64,000 nt of DNA from Candidatus Eiseniibacteriota bacterium (GTDB lineage Bacteria; Eisenbacteria; RBG-16-71-46; JABDJR01). Made by a program: the position numbers and the translations under genes. Below are positions 38,800-49,175 of this stretch, one piece after another. Every line of letters starts with the position of its first letter. Position 1 is the first letter of the stretch. The stretch is from positions 437,840-501,839 of the forward strand of contig CAVSKL010000004.1 of the NCBI GenBank assembly GCA_963728475.1. Direction: 5' to 3'. The notes beneath the pieces are model-generated. The model had not been told where the DNA came from. It saw only the letters and a program-made list of their open reading frames with translations, and made no database searches.

Positions 38800-40656
38800 A
38801 TGAGAACATCTTGTCGCCGGCCCGGGGGCGCGGCGTGGCCGGCCCCGGCGGCGCTCTTGCTCTGCGTCTCCTTGGCCGCCTCCCCGGCGGCGGCCCGGCC
38901 CCGGGCGCTCGCAACTCCCGCGGGCGCGGCCACCACCGGGGGGATCGCATCGGCGGCCCAGAGCACGCCCCAGCTCGTCACCTACCAGGGGCGGTTCCTG
39001 GATCCGGAGGGCAAGCCCCTGGCCGGCCCGGTGGACCTCACCTTCCGGCTTTACACCGCCGCCGCCGGCGGGACGCAGCTCTGGTTCGAGACCCACCCCC
39101 AGGTGCCGCTGGTGGACGGGGTGGCCACGGTGATGCTGGGGTCGCTGGTCACCTTCCCCTTCGAGGCCTTCACCGAACCCGCCCGCTACCTGGGAATCAC
39201 GGTGGGAAACGGCGCCGAGATGACCCCCCGGATGGCGGTGACCTCGGTGCCCTTCGCGTTCCAGGCGGAGCGCCTGCAGGGGCTGGGGGCGGCCGACTTC
39301 GAGCCCAGGGGGGCGGTGTCGTCGCTCGGCGACTCGCTGGCCGCCGGCGACGGCAGCCCGCCCAACCAGGGGGCGAACCGGGTGGCCTGGAACAACCTCA
39401 CCGGCGTCCCCGACGGTTTCGCCGACGGTGAGGACCAGGGGGCGACCGACCACGGCCAGCTCACCGGGCTCCTGGACAACGACCATCCCCAGTACATGCT
39501 GCGGAGCGACCTCAAGAACTCGGACGGCGACCCTCCCGACGAGGGTTCGAACCTGGTGAGCTGGAACAACCTCACCGACGTGCCCTTCGGGTTCGCGGAC
39601 GGGACGGACAACCGCGGCATCGACCCGGGCACGGTCACCGGCACGGACGTCGCCGATTCCTCGCTCACCGGAATCGATCTCGCCGACAGCACCGTGACCG
39701 GCCGGAACGTGGCCCCGCGCACGCTGGCCGGCACGCACCTGGCCCTCCACTCGGTGGGAGGGGACGAGCTCGCCTTCGACAGCGTTTCCGGCGCCGAGAT
39801 CCTCGACGGGAGCGTGTCCGGCGCCGACGTCGAGGACGGGTCCCTCACCGGGTCCGACCTGGCGCCCGGTGCGGTGGGGAGCGCCGCCCTCGCCGGCGGC
39901 GCGGTGACCGGAGCGGCGCTGGCCGCGGGAGCGGTGGACTCGACGTCCATCGCCGACGGCGGGGTTTCGGGGGCGGACCTGGCTCCGGGCGCGGTGGGGA
40001 GCGCCGCCCTCGCCGGCGGCGCGGTGACCGGAGCGGCGCTGGCCCCGGGGGCGGTGGACTCGGCGTCGATCGCGGCCGGCGGGGTATCGGGGGTGGACTT
40101 GGCTCCCGGCGCGGTGGACCGAGGCCGCCTCGCCGACGCCGCCGTGGACAGCAGCGCCCTCGGGGAGGGGGCGGTCACCGGACTCCGGATCCGCGACGAG
40201 TCGATCACCGGCGCGGACATCAAGAACGGCAGCGTGCGCGCGGTGGATCTCATGGAGGGGGCGGGCGGGGAGTACCTGGGCGAGCCCGACGTCCACCCGG
40301 TCGCCGCGGCGGCGGCCACCGTGCTCTACAAGGACATCACCTGTCCGGCCGACGGCTGGGTGCTGGCGGTGGCCACCGCCCAGGGCTGCGTGCAGACCGC
40401 CGCCGGAGGCGGGGAGCACCCGCTGACCTTCTCGGTCTCCGCGGCCGACGGCGCGCCGGACCCGGTGGCCAGGGTCGAGTACCGGGTGGTGGGAGCGGCC
40501 GGGGCCACCCAGTGCGCGCCGGTGGTCTCGCAGAAGCTCTTCACGGTGCAGAAGGGGCTCCGGACCTTCTACGTGGTGGCGCAGGGGGATGGGGCCGCCA
40601 CCATGGAGGTCTCGCAGGTGAACCTCAGCCTGATCTTCCTGGGCACCCATTATTAG
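38800..40656 (+). CDS. secreted tail-fibre-like repeat protein (paralog B)
   Basis: Colinear with paralog A over the N-terminal ~330 aa (LVTYQGRFLDPEGKPLAGPVDLTFRLY...GSPPNQG.N.V.WNNL..VP.GFADG, LTGLLDNDHPQYMLRSDLK), followed by a longer repeat tract. Confidence 0.65.
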   Translation: MRTSCRRPGGAAWPAPAALLLCVSLAASPAAARPRALATPAGAATTGGIASAAQSTPQLVTYQGRFLDPEGKPLAGPVDLTFRLYTAAAGGTQLWFETHPQVPLVDGVATVMLGSLVTFPFEAFTEPARYLGITVGNGAEMTPRMAVTSVPFAFQAERLQGLGAADFEPRGAVSSLGDSLAAGDGSPPNQGANRVAWNNLTGVPDGFADGEDQGATDHGQLTGLLDNDHPQYMLRSDLKNSDGDPPDEGSNLVSWNNLTDVPFGFADGTDNRGIDPGTVTGTDVADSSLTGIDLADSTVTGRNVAPRTLAGTHLALHSVGGDELAFDSVSGAEILDGSVSGADVEDGSLTGSDLAPGAVGSAALAGGAVTGAALAAGAVDSTSIADGGVSGADLAPGAVGSAALAGGAVTGAALAPGAVDSASIAAGGVSGVDLAPGAVDRGRLADAAVDSSALGEGAVTGLRIRDESITGADIKNGSVRAVDLMEGAGGEYLGEPDVHPVAAAAATVLYKDITCPADGWVLAVATAQGCVQTAAGGGEHPLTFSVSAADGAPDPVARVEYRVVGAAGATQCAPVVSQKLFTVQKGLRTFYVVAQGDGAATMEVSQVNLSLIFLGTHY

Positions 40657-40826
40657 CCGGGCGCGGGGACTTCCCCGCCGGTCCCGGCCCGGTCGTCCCG
40701 GGGAGGCCTCAGGAGGGGCGCGCCTGGCCCGGAGCGTCCCGGGCGCGCTATACTCACCCGTTTCATTCGAACCCCCCCGGAGTGAGGCGTGGAACCGCTC
40801 CGGAAACGCCGGTGAGAGAGGACGTC

Positions 40827-43481
40827 ATGGCCAAGGCGCTGACCACCCAGGAAATCCGAGATCAGTTCACCCGCTTCTTCGTGGAGCGGGGGCACCGGCA
40901 GGCGCCCTCCTCGCCTCTGGTGCCGCTGGACGACCCCACCCTGCTCTTCACCTCGGCGGGGATGGTCCAGTTCAAGCCGATGTTCGCGGCCAGGGGCGCC
41001 CTGGAATTCACCCGCGCCACCACCATCCAGAAGTGCTTCCGGGTCACCGACCTGGAGCGGGTGGGGCATACCCCGCGGCATCTGACCTTTTTCGAGATGC
41101 TGGGGAACTTCTCCTTCGGCGACTACTTCAAGCGCGAGGCCATCCTCTGGGCCTGGGAGTTCGTGACCGGGGTCCTGGCCATGGACACCTCCAAGCTCTG
41201 GGCCACCGTCTACCTGGACGACGACGAGGCGGCGGCGATCTGGGAGAAGGAGGTGGGGCTTCCCGCCGGCCGGATCGTGCGGTTGGGGAAGGCGGACAAT
41301 TTCTGGGGCCCCGCCGGATCCAGCGGCGCCTGCGGCCCCTCGAGCGAGATCTACTGGGACCTGGGGCCGGACTTCGGCTGCGGCCGCCCCGACTGCAAGG
41401 CGGGCTGCGAATGCGACCGCTACCAGGAGTTCTGGAACCTGGTCTTCCCGCAGTTCTACCAGGACGAGGCGGGGAACCTCACCCCGCTCCCGCGGAAGGG
41501 CATCGACACCGGCATGGGCCTGGAGCGGCTGGCGCAGATCCTCCAGGGGAAGCGGTCGGTGTTCGAGACCGACGAGCTGGAGCGGCTCCGCGAGGCGGCG
41601 GTGGCCCTGGCCGGGGTGAAGGACGAGGGCGACGCCGCCCGGATCGCCTACAACGTGATCTCCGAGCACGCCCGCGCGGTGACCATGCTCTTCAACGAGG
41701 GGGTCTACCCCTCCAACGAGGGGCGGGGCTACGTGGCCCGGCGGATCCTGCGGCGGGCGGCGCGACGGGGCCTCGTGCTGGGGCTCCGCGAGCCGTTCCT
41801 GCACAAGCTCACCGGCACCGTGATCGACATCATGGGGGGCGCCTATCCGGAGCTGGAGCAGAGCCGGGACCGCATCGCCAAGGTGTGCGAGGCGGAGGAG
41901 ACGCGCTTCCTGGAGACCCTCGAGACCGGCATGCGCCGGTTCCAGGAGGTGGTGGAGCGCACCCGGGAACGCGGCGACACCGTGATCTCGGGGCGGGACG
42001 CGTTCACCCTCTACGACACCTACGGCTTCCCGCAGGACATGACGGTGGAGATGGCGGAGGAGGTGAAGCTCACCGTGGACGAAGCCGGCTTCGCCCGGGC
42101 CATGGAGGAGCAGGTGGAGCGCTCCCGGGCCAGCGCGCGGTTCGACGTGGCTCCGGGGGAGGAGGCGCCCTGGACCTGGCTGCTGCCTCAGGACGAGCCG
42201 CACTCCGCGTACGTGGGCTACGACTTCCTGGAGACCGAGGCGCGGATCGCGGCCTGGCGTCCGGCGGGCGAGGACCGGATCGAGTTTCTCCTCGACACCA
42301 CCCCCTTCTACGCGGAAGGCGGGGGCCAGGTGGGGGACCGGGGACGGCTGGCCGGCGACGGGTTCGCGCTCGAGGTCACCGGGGTGGTGCGCCGGGACGG
42401 GCTCCACGTGCATCGCGGGCGGGTGCTCCGGGGCGAGCCGGAGGCCGGCCCCTACCGAGCGGAGGTGGATCGCGAGGCCCGCCGGAACACCGAGCGGAAC
42501 CATACCGCCACCCACCTGCTCCATGCCGCGCTCAAGCGCGTGGTGGGAACCCACGTGACCCAGGCGGGCTCGCTGGTGGCACCGGACCGGCTGCGCTTCG
42601 ACTTCAACCACTTCTCGCCGCTCACTCCCGGGGAGATCCGGGCGATCGAGGACGACGTGAACCGCGCGGTGCTCGCCGATTATCCGGTGCACAAGGAGAT
42701 CACCGGCATGGACGAAGCGCGCGCGGCCGGGGCCACCGCCATGTTCGGGGAGAAGTACGGGGAGCGGGTGCGGCAGGTCTTCGTGCGGAACGAGGACGAG
42801 CACGACGTGAGCCGCGAACTCTGCGGCGGTTGCCACGTGCGCCGGACCGGCGAGATCGGGTCCTTCAAGATTCTCTCGGAGGAGTCCGTGGCCGCGGGCA
42901 TCCGCCGGGTGGAGGCGGCCACCGGCTGGAACACGGTAGGCCGCTTCCGCGAGGAGGACGACCTCCTGCGGCGGATCGAGGGTACCGTGCGGGCGGCCTC
43001 GGCGCGGGAGCTGGAGAGCCGGGTCCAGGGGGTGGTGGACGAGAACGAGAGGCTCAAGCGTGAGCTGGCCCGGCTCCGGAACGAACTCCTCGACCGGTCT
43101 TCCGGCGACATCCTGGACCGGGTGGAGGCGGTGGACGGGGTGGCGTTTCTGGGGGTGGAGTTGCCGGTGAACGATCCCCGGGCGCTCCGCGAGGCCGCGG
43201 ACAAGCTTCGCGACCGCATGAAGAGCGGGGTGGGGCTTCTCGCCGCCCGCGGCGAGGACAAGGTGCAGCTCCTGGCCTTCGTCACCGACGATCTCGTCGC
43301 CGGCCGCGGCCTTCGCGCCGACCACCTGGTGCGCGAGGCGGCCAAGGTGGTGGGGGGCGGAGGCGGCGGGCGCCCCCAGCTCGCCACCGCCGGCGGCAAG
43401 GACCTGGAGCGCATCCCCGACGCCCTCGCCCGCGGGCGGGAAGTGCTGGCGGAGATGCTGGCGGGGAAGGTCGCGGGTTGA
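40827..43481 (+). CDS. alaS: alanine--tRNA ligase
   Basis: Full-length class II aaRS with AlaRS catalytic motifs, the editing domain HxxxH...CGG (HTATHLLH, CGGCH) and a C-terminal domain. Confidence 0.95.
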   Translation: MAKALTTQEIRDQFTRFFVERGHRQAPSSPLVPLDDPTLLFTSAGMVQFKPMFAARGALEFTRATTIQKCFRVTDLERVGHTPRHLTFFEMLGNFSFGDYFKREAILWAWEFVTGVLAMDTSKLWATVYLDDDEAAAIWEKEVGLPAGRIVRLGKADNFWGPAGSSGACGPSSEIYWDLGPDFGCGRPDCKAGCECDRYQEFWNLVFPQFYQDEAGNLTPLPRKGIDTGMGLERLAQILQGKRSVFETDELERLREAAVALAGVKDEGDAARIAYNVISEHARAVTMLFNEGVYPSNEGRGYVARRILRRAARRGLVLGLREPFLHKLTGTVIDIMGGAYPELEQSRDRIAKVCEAEETRFLETLETGMRRFQEVVERTRERGDTVISGRDAFTLYDTYGFPQDMTVEMAEEVKLTVDEAGFARAMEEQVERSRASARFDVAPGEEAPWTWLLPQDEPHSAYVGYDFLETEARIAAWRPAGEDRIEFLLDTTPFYAEGGGQVGDRGRLAGDGFALEVTGVVRRDGLHVHRGRVLRGEPEAGPYRAEVDREARRNTERNHTATHLLHAALKRVVGTHVTQAGSLVAPDRLRFDFNHFSPLTPGEIRAIEDDVNRAVLADYPVHKEITGMDEARAAGATAMFGEKYGERVRQVFVRNEDEHDVSRELCGGCHVRRTGEIGSFKILSEESVAAGIRRVEAATGWNTVGRFREEDDLLRRIEGTVRAASARELESRVQGVVDENERLKRELARLRNELLDRSSGDILDRVEAVDGVAFLGVELPVNDPRALREAADKLRDRMKSGVGLLAARGEDKVQLLAFVTDDLVAGRGLRADHLVREAAKVVGGGGGGRPQLATAGGKDLERIPDALARGREVLAEMLAGKVAG

Positions 43482-43506
43482 ACCCCCGCGCGCCCGGCCG
43501 CGCCGG

Positions 43507-45504
43507 TCAGGGGCCGGTGGTGTCCGGCTTCGCTGCCCCCGCGCCGGTGCTGTCCGCCGCGCCCGCCTTCCGCAGCGGCCGCTTCACGTAGCGGAGGATC
43601 TTGAGCGACCGGCCGTTCTCCACCGGCTGGAACCGCGCCACCGTGGGGAGGATCGACTCCAGGAGCGCCGGCGTCCGGGCGAGGTCCTCGGACGAGACCA
43701 CGAAGGCCAGCGGATGCGGCGCCACCGCCACCGCCACGCTGTCGAGGAGCGCCAACGGATCGTGCCCCCGCTGGAACCGGTCGAGAAGCGTCCGCCGCGC
43801 CCCGACCTCGGAGCGGACCGCGGGATCGCCTTCCGGCACCGACGCCGTCACCGCCATGGGCGGGCCCAGGAACGCCGCGCGCGGGAGATACATCTGCTCC
43901 TCGCTCACCGGGCGTGGGGTGAGGGGATAGAGGAGCACGGTGTCGAGCGGGAGCGCCGCGTCGGCCCGGACCAGCATCTCCTTCTCCTCGCCGGTCCAGC
44001 GGGTGGCGCCCGAGGTGTCCCGCCGGGCCGCCGGGATCATCGCGACCGGGGTCGCCAGGAGCGCCGCCGCCGTGATCCCGGCGATCGCCGCTCCGGCGGG
44101 GCGCCGGGCCAGGCGCTCCAGGCCGAGGGCGATCGGGACGCCGAGCACCGCGAGCGCGGCCCAGGCCAGCCCCGAGGCTCCCGCCCCCAGGCCGGGGAGC
44201 GCGAACGCCGCCACCGCCGCGGTTCCGGCCGCGGCCAGCCAGCCCCGGCGGCCGCGCAGCACTCCCCCCGCCACCGCCGCGCCGGCGAGGAGCGGCGCCA
44301 GCGACCAGAGGAGCGCGGCCGGCGGCGACGGCGCCCGGGTGAGCAGGAGGAAGTCGGGGAGCCGGGAGAGGTCGCCGCCTCCGGCCAGGAGCAGGGTGGG
44401 GAGCGCCCCCACCGCCGCCACCAGGAGGGCCAGCGCGGTCTCGGCGAACCCGCTCCGGCCGGCGGCGCCCAGGCGCCACGCCCCCCAGAGCAACGTCCCC
44501 GTCCCTCCCACCAGCGGCTGGAAGAGGACCGCGCCCGCGAGGAGCACGCCCAGGACGGGGGCCCGGAGCCGGAAGCGCGGCCCGGCGGCGACCGAACCCG
44601 CCGCGACCAGGAGCGCCGCCGTCCAGGGGAGCGGTCCCGCCCCCCAGGCCATGGGAAGGAGTCCGGAGAGGACCGGGTCGCCGTGTCCGAAGGCGATCAT
44701 GGCCCGGAGGAGCCGCGGATCGTGAAGCGGGGGGAGCGGCCCCGCCGGTCCATGGCCCGGAGCCACCAGGCCGAGCAGGGTGATCCCCCCGGCCGCCACC
44801 GCGGGGAACGCGGCCTGGGCCCACCCCCCGCCGCCGGCGCGCGCGGTCCACCGCAGGCCGGCCAGGAGGAGCGCTCCCACCGCCGCCAGCTGCAGAAGGA
44901 CCAGGAAGAGCGGGCCGGGAACTCCGGTGGCCGCCCACACCGGGGCCAGTGCGGCGGCGAACGCCCAGGGGCGCCCGAAGGGGGTGCCGGCCAGGAACGG
45001 GTTCGCCGGAGGCAGGGCGCCGCCCCGGAGTTCCCCGAGAAGGGGAAGCAGGAGGCCGGCGCCGGCCCGGGTCCAGAGGGTGGGGTTGAGGAGCAGCGGC
45101 AGCGCGGCCAGGGCCAGGACCGCGGCCAGCGCGACCAGGCCCGGGCGGGAGAGCGGGGCCTCGGGCGGGGACGCGGGCGCCCCGGGTTCGGGCGCGCCCT
45201 CCGCGAACGCCCAGAAACCGGCCCAGAGCGACACCGCGAGCCGGGCGGCGGCCACCGCGCTTCCGGTCAGTTCGGCGGCGGGCCAGCTCAGCGCCGCGAC
45301 CAGGAGTGGGGAGAGCGCCAGCGCCGAGCCCCACGAGCACCGGTGGCCGAAGCGGACGAGGAGGCTCCGGCCCGGAAGGAGCAGCGCGGCGGGGAGGACG
45401 GTGACGAGCTTCACCACCCACGGCATCCCGGGCACCCAGATCGCGGCCAGGAGCAGGAACACCAGACCCCAGCGCACCGCGCCGGTCACGCTTCGCATCC
45501 GCAT
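43507..45504 (-). CDS. large polytopic membrane protein (glycosyltransferase-39/ArnT-like or DUF2079-like), function unknown
   Basis: ~660 aa that are highly hydrophobic, with many TM helices and a C-terminal soluble domain. The start is set at ATG 45504, which has a GGAGG RBS. The longer tool ORF has a non-membrane N-terminal extension. Confidence 0.55.
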   Translation of the reverse strand: MRMRSVTGAVRWGLVFLLLAAIWVPGMPWVVKLVTVLPAALLLPGRSLLVRFGHRCSWGSALALSPLLVAALSWPAAELTGSAVAAARLAVSLWAGFWAFAEGAPEPGAPASPPEAPLSRPGLVALAAVLALAALPLLLNPTLWTRAGAGLLLPLLGELRGGALPPANPFLAGTPFGRPWAFAAALAPVWAATGVPGPLFLVLLQLAAVGALLLAGLRWTARAGGGGWAQAAFPAVAAGGITLLGLVAPGHGPAGPLPPLHDPRLLRAMIAFGHGDPVLSGLLPMAWGAGPLPWTAALLVAAGSVAAGPRFRLRAPVLGVLLAGAVLFQPLVGGTGTLLWGAWRLGAAGRSGFAETALALLVAAVGALPTLLLAGGGDLSRLPDFLLLTRAPSPPAALLWSLAPLLAGAAVAGGVLRGRRGWLAAAGTAAVAAFALPGLGAGASGLAWAALAVLGVPIALGLERLARRPAGAAIAGITAAALLATPVAMIPAARRDTSGATRWTGEEKEMLVRADAALPLDTVLLYPLTPRPVSEEQMYLPRAAFLGPPMAVTASVPEGDPAVRSEVGARRTLLDRFQRGHDPLALLDSVAVAVAPHPLAFVVSSEDLARTPALLESILPTVARFQPVENGRSLKILRYVKRPLRKAGAADSTGAGAAKPDTTGP

Positions 45505-45683
45505 CCCACCTCCGGCGGGTCCGCTGTCCGGGCCCCGCGCCGGAGAGCGGAGGTCCGGTCGGCCGGCGCCGGCGTCTAGCACGGACGGCGCCGGGCCCGG
45601 GGGAGTGTAGCAGCCCGCCCGAGGTCCGGTCCCGCCAAGTCTGCGTCCGCGCCGTCCGGCGCAACCGGCCGCGTTGACCCGAG

Positions 45684-46829
45684 TTGGCGGCTCTGGTACC
45701 GTCTCGGGCTCGACCACTCCGGCACACGCTCACGAACCCCGACACCCTCCCCCGGAGGTGCGCGATCAAGGCCCTCATCCTGAGCGGCGGCAAGGGCACC
45801 CGCCTCCGCCCCATCACCTTCACCAGCGCCAAGCAGCTGGTTCCGGTCGCCAACAAGCCGATCCTCTACTACGGCATCGAGGCCATTCGCGACGCCGGCA
45901 TCACCGACGTCGGCATCGTGGTCGGCGACACCCACGAGGAGATCCGGGCCTCGGTGGGAGACGGTTCCCGCTGGGGGGTCCGGGTGACCTACATCCGGCA
46001 GGAGGCGCCCCTGGGCCTGGCCCACGCGGTCAAGGTGAGCCGCGACTACCTGGGCGGCGACCGCTTCGTGATGTTCCTCGGCGACAACCTGATCAAGGAC
46101 GGCATCACCCCGCTGGTGCGTGAGTTCGAGGCCGAGCGCCCCGACTGCCAGATCCTCCTCGCCCACGTCAAGAACCCGCAGGAGTTCGGGGTGGCGGAGC
46201 TGAGCGGGAACCGGGTAGTCCGCCTGGAGGAGAAGCCGGCCCGGCCGCGATCCGACCTCGCCCTGGTCGGGGTCTACATGTTCGACCCCTCCGTGTTCGA
46301 GGCGGTGGACGCCATCCGCCCTTCGGCGAGGGGGGAGCTGGAGATCACCGACGCCATCCAGTACCTGATCGACACCCGGCGCGACGTCCGCAGCCACGTC
46401 ATCACCGGCTGGTGGAAGGACACCGGCAAGCTCGAGGACATGCTCGAGGCCAACCGCATCGTGCTGGCGGGGATCGGCACCCGCATCGACGGCACCGTGG
46501 ACGCGGACAGCCGGATCGAGGGGGACGTGGTGATCGGCAAGGGGAGCCGGGTGGTGGGGAGCACGCTCCGCGGGCCCCTCATCGTGGGGGAGGACTGCCT
46601 GATCGAGGACGCGTTCGTGGGCCCCTTCACCTCCATCCACGACCGCGCGGTCATCCGGGGGAGCGAGGTGGAGCACTCCATCCTGCTCGAGGACGCCCGG
46701 GTGATCGGCCTGGAGAAGCGGATGGAGTCGAGCCTTCTCGGCCGCCACGTGGAGATCCTGCGCTCGGACAAGCGCCCGGCCACCTATCGTTTCCTGGTGG
46801 GGGACATGGGGCGGATCGAGGTCGGCTAG
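45684..46829 (+). CDS. rmlA: glucose-1-phosphate thymidylyltransferase, long form (nucleotidyltransferase plus C-terminal LbH domain)
   Basis: LILSGGKGTRLRPITFTSAKQLVPVANKPIL nucleotidyltransferase signature and a C-terminal hexapeptide repeat region. The start is uncertain, because the N-terminal 25 aa are atypical. Confidence 0.8.
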   Translation: MAALVPSRARPLRHTLTNPDTLPRRCAIKALILSGGKGTRLRPITFTSAKQLVPVANKPILYYGIEAIRDAGITDVGIVVGDTHEEIRASVGDGSRWGVRVTYIRQEAPLGLAHAVKVSRDYLGGDRFVMFLGDNLIKDGITPLVREFEAERPDCQILLAHVKNPQEFGVAELSGNRVVRLEEKPARPRSDLALVGVYMFDPSVFEAVDAIRPSARGELEITDAIQYLIDTRRDVRSHVITGWWKDTGKLEDMLEANRIVLAGIGTRIDGTVDADSRIEGDVVIGKGSRVVGSTLRGPLIVGEDCLIEDAFVGPFTSIHDRAVIRGSEVEHSILLEDARVIGLEKRMESSLLGRHVEILRSDKRPATYRFLVGDMGRIEVG

Positions 46830-47689
46830 TGCGGATCTTCGTCACCGGCTGGGACGGGCTCCTGGGGTCCGCCCTCATGCCGCTCCTCGCCGCCGGCCAC
46901 GAAACCGCCGGCATGGGGATCGCCGACGGCGACGCCGCCGACGCGCGGTTCCTGCGCTCCCGCCTCGACGCGTTCCGCCCCCACGCGGTGATCCACCTGG
47001 CGGCGATGACCGCGGTGGACCGGTGCGAGTCCCAACCGGACGAGGCGTTCCGGGTGAACGCGGAGGGCTCGCGGGTGACCGCGGCGGAGGCGGAGCGGGT
47101 GGACGCGGCGGTGCTGATGGTCTCCACCGACTACGTCTTCGACGGGGCCAAGGGCGCCCCCTACACCGAGGACGATCCCCCGGCGCCCTTGAGCGTCTAC
47201 GGCCGGAGCAAGCTCGCGGGCGAGGAAGCGGTGCGCGCCGCCTCCACCCGGTGGGCGGTGGTCCGGAGCGCTTGGCTCTTCGGCCCCGGCGGGCCGAACT
47301 TCGTGGACACCATCCTCGGGCTCCTGGCCGGGCGCGACCGGCTGCCGGTGGTGGACGACCAGACCGGGTCCCCCACCTACGCCCCCGACCTCGCCGCGGG
47401 CCTGGTCCGGCTCGTCGAGGCCCGGGCCCGGGGTCTGTATCATCTGGCCAACGCGGGACGCGCGACCTGGTGCGGCCTGGCCCGGGAGGCGGCGCGGCTC
47501 CGGGGGCTGGATCCGGCGCGCGTCGTGTCCGCCACCACCGCCGAGGTGGGCCGGCCCGCGCCGCGTCCTCCGTTCTCGGTGCTGGATTGCGGCCGGGCGC
47601 GCGAGCGGCACCGGGTGGCGCTTCGCCCCTGGACCGAGGCCCTGGCCGAACATCTCGCGGCGCCGGCCCGCGACGAGGAGGGATCGTGA
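46829..47689 (+). CDS. rmlD: dTDP-4-dehydrorhamnose reductase
   Basis: Short-chain Rossmann VTGWDGLLG and the YxxxK motif (YGRSKLAGE). GTG overlaps the rmlA stop. Confidence 0.8.
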   Translation: MRIFVTGWDGLLGSALMPLLAAGHETAGMGIADGDAADARFLRSRLDAFRPHAVIHLAAMTAVDRCESQPDEAFRVNAEGSRVTAAEAERVDAAVLMVSTDYVFDGAKGAPYTEDDPPAPLSVYGRSKLAGEEAVRAASTRWAVVRSAWLFGPGGPNFVDTILGLLAGRDRLPVVDDQTGSPTYAPDLAAGLVRLVEARARGLYHLANAGRATWCGLAREAARLRGLDPARVVSATTAEVGRPAPRPPFSVLDCGRARERHRVALRPWTEALAEHLAAPARDEEGS

Positions 47690-48282
47690 ACCGATCGCAA
47701 GCGCTGTCCCTGGTGGAAGGAGAGTTCCGGGAGTCCTCCCGGGTCCTGGCCGAGGCCGCCCGCACCCTGAGCGAGACCGTGGTGGCGGCGGCGGAGATGA
47801 TCGAGGCCCGCCTCCGGGCCGGCGGCACCTTTTTCACCTGCGGGAACGGGGGGAGCGCCGCCGACGCCCAGCACATCGCCGCCGAGCTCTCGGGCCGGTT
47901 CTACCTGGACCGGCCGGGGCTGGCCGCGGTCGCGCTCTCGGTCAACACCAGCGCGCTCACCGCCATCGGCAACGACTTCGACTACGCCGAGGTGTTCGCC
48001 CGCCAGCTCGACGGGCTGGCCCGCCCCGGCGACGTGCTCCTGGCCATCACCACCAGCGGCGGGAGCCGGAACGTGGTGCGCGCGGTGGCCAAGGCCCGCG
48101 AGCTGAAGATGCAGGTGATCGGGTTCACCGGCGCCAGGGGGGCCGCCTTCGCCGGGAGCTGCGACCTGGGACTGGCCGCGGCCAGCGAGGACGTGGCCCG
48201 GATCCAGGAGACCCACATCTGCGCGGGCCACCTCATCTGCCAGCTGGTGGAGGCGGCGATCTTCGGAGGCGGCGGCGCTTGA
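47686..48282 (+). CDS. gmhA: SIS-domain phosphoheptose isomerase
   Basis: SIS motifs (FTCGNGGSAADAQHIAAEL, AITTSGGSRNV). GTG overlaps the rmlD stop. Confidence 0.8.
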   Translation: MNRSQALSLVEGEFRESSRVLAEAARTLSETVVAAAEMIEARLRAGGTFFTCGNGGSAADAQHIAAELSGRFYLDRPGLAAVALSVNTSALTAIGNDFDYAEVFARQLDGLARPGDVLLAITTSGGSRNVVRAVAKARELKMQVIGFTGARGAAFAGSCDLGLAAASEDVARIQETHICAGHLICQLVEAAIFGGGGA

Positions 48283-49175
48283 ACGCCCGCGACGCGGCGC
48301 AGCTCGCCCGCCCCTGGCAGTGGAGCAAGAACGGCATCATCTTCGCCGGGCTGGTGTTCAGCGTGCATCTCATGGAGCCCGCCTACTTCCTCCGCTCCGC
48401 GGCCGCGTTCGCGGTGTTCTGCCTGGCCTCCTCCTCCATTTACGTGCTGAACGACGTGTTCGACGTGAACCGCGACCGCCTCCACCCCCGCAAGCGGAAC
48501 CGCCCGCTGGCCTCGGGCCGGGTCCCGGTCTCCGCGGCCACCGTGATGTTCGCGCTCCTCGCCTTGGCCGCGGTGGCGGCGGGCTACCGGCTGGGGCCGC
48601 AGTTCATGGTCTCGCTCGCCCTCTTCTACTTCGCCAACATCGCCTACTCCATGGCGCTCAAGAACGTGGTCATCCTCGACGTGATGCTGATCGCGATCTC
48701 GTTCGTGATCCGGGCCATTGCCGGGGTCACCGCGCTCCGTCCGCTGGAGCCGGGCCTCGACATCTCGCCGTGGCTCCTGGTCTGCACGCTCTTCCTCGCC
48801 CTCTTCCTGGGTCTGGGCAAGCGCCGCCACGAGCTCTCGCTCCTGGAGGAGACCGCCGCCGGCCATCGCGCCACCCTCGGGCAGTACTCGGGGCCCTACC
48901 TCGACCAGCTCATCACCGTGGTCACCGCCGCCACCCTCATCGCCTACGCCATCTACACCATCGCCCCGGCCACCCAGTCCAAGTTCCACTCGCCGGCCCT
49001 GGTCTTCACCATCCCCTTCGTGGCCTACGGCATCTTCCGGTATCTGTTCCTCATCCAGCTCCATGAGGAAGGGGGGAGCCCCAGCCGCACCCTCTACAAG
49101 GATCTCCCCACGCTGCTCACCACCCTGGGTTGGCTGGTCACGGTGGTGGTCGTGATCTATGCGTCGCGCCTCTGA
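48279..49175 (+). CDS. UbiA-family prenyl-phosphate phosphoribosyltransferase (decaprenyl-phosphate 5-phosphoribosyltransferase-like)
   Basis: NDxxDxxxD motif LNDVFDVNRDRLHPRKRNRPLASG, ~8 TM helices, and a TTG start overlapping the gmhA stop. Confidence 0.7.
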   Translation: MNARDAAQLARPWQWSKNGIIFAGLVFSVHLMEPAYFLRSAAAFAVFCLASSSIYVLNDVFDVNRDRLHPRKRNRPLASGRVPVSAATVMFALLALAAVAAGYRLGPQFMVSLALFYFANIAYSMALKNVVILDVMLIAISFVIRAIAGVTALRPLEPGLDISPWLLVCTLFLALFLGLGKRRHELSLLEETAAGHRATLGQYSGPYLDQLITVVTAATLIAYAIYTIAPATQSKFHSPALVFTIPFVAYGIFRYLFLIQLHEEGGSPSRTLYKDLPTLLTTLGWLVTVVVVIYASRL

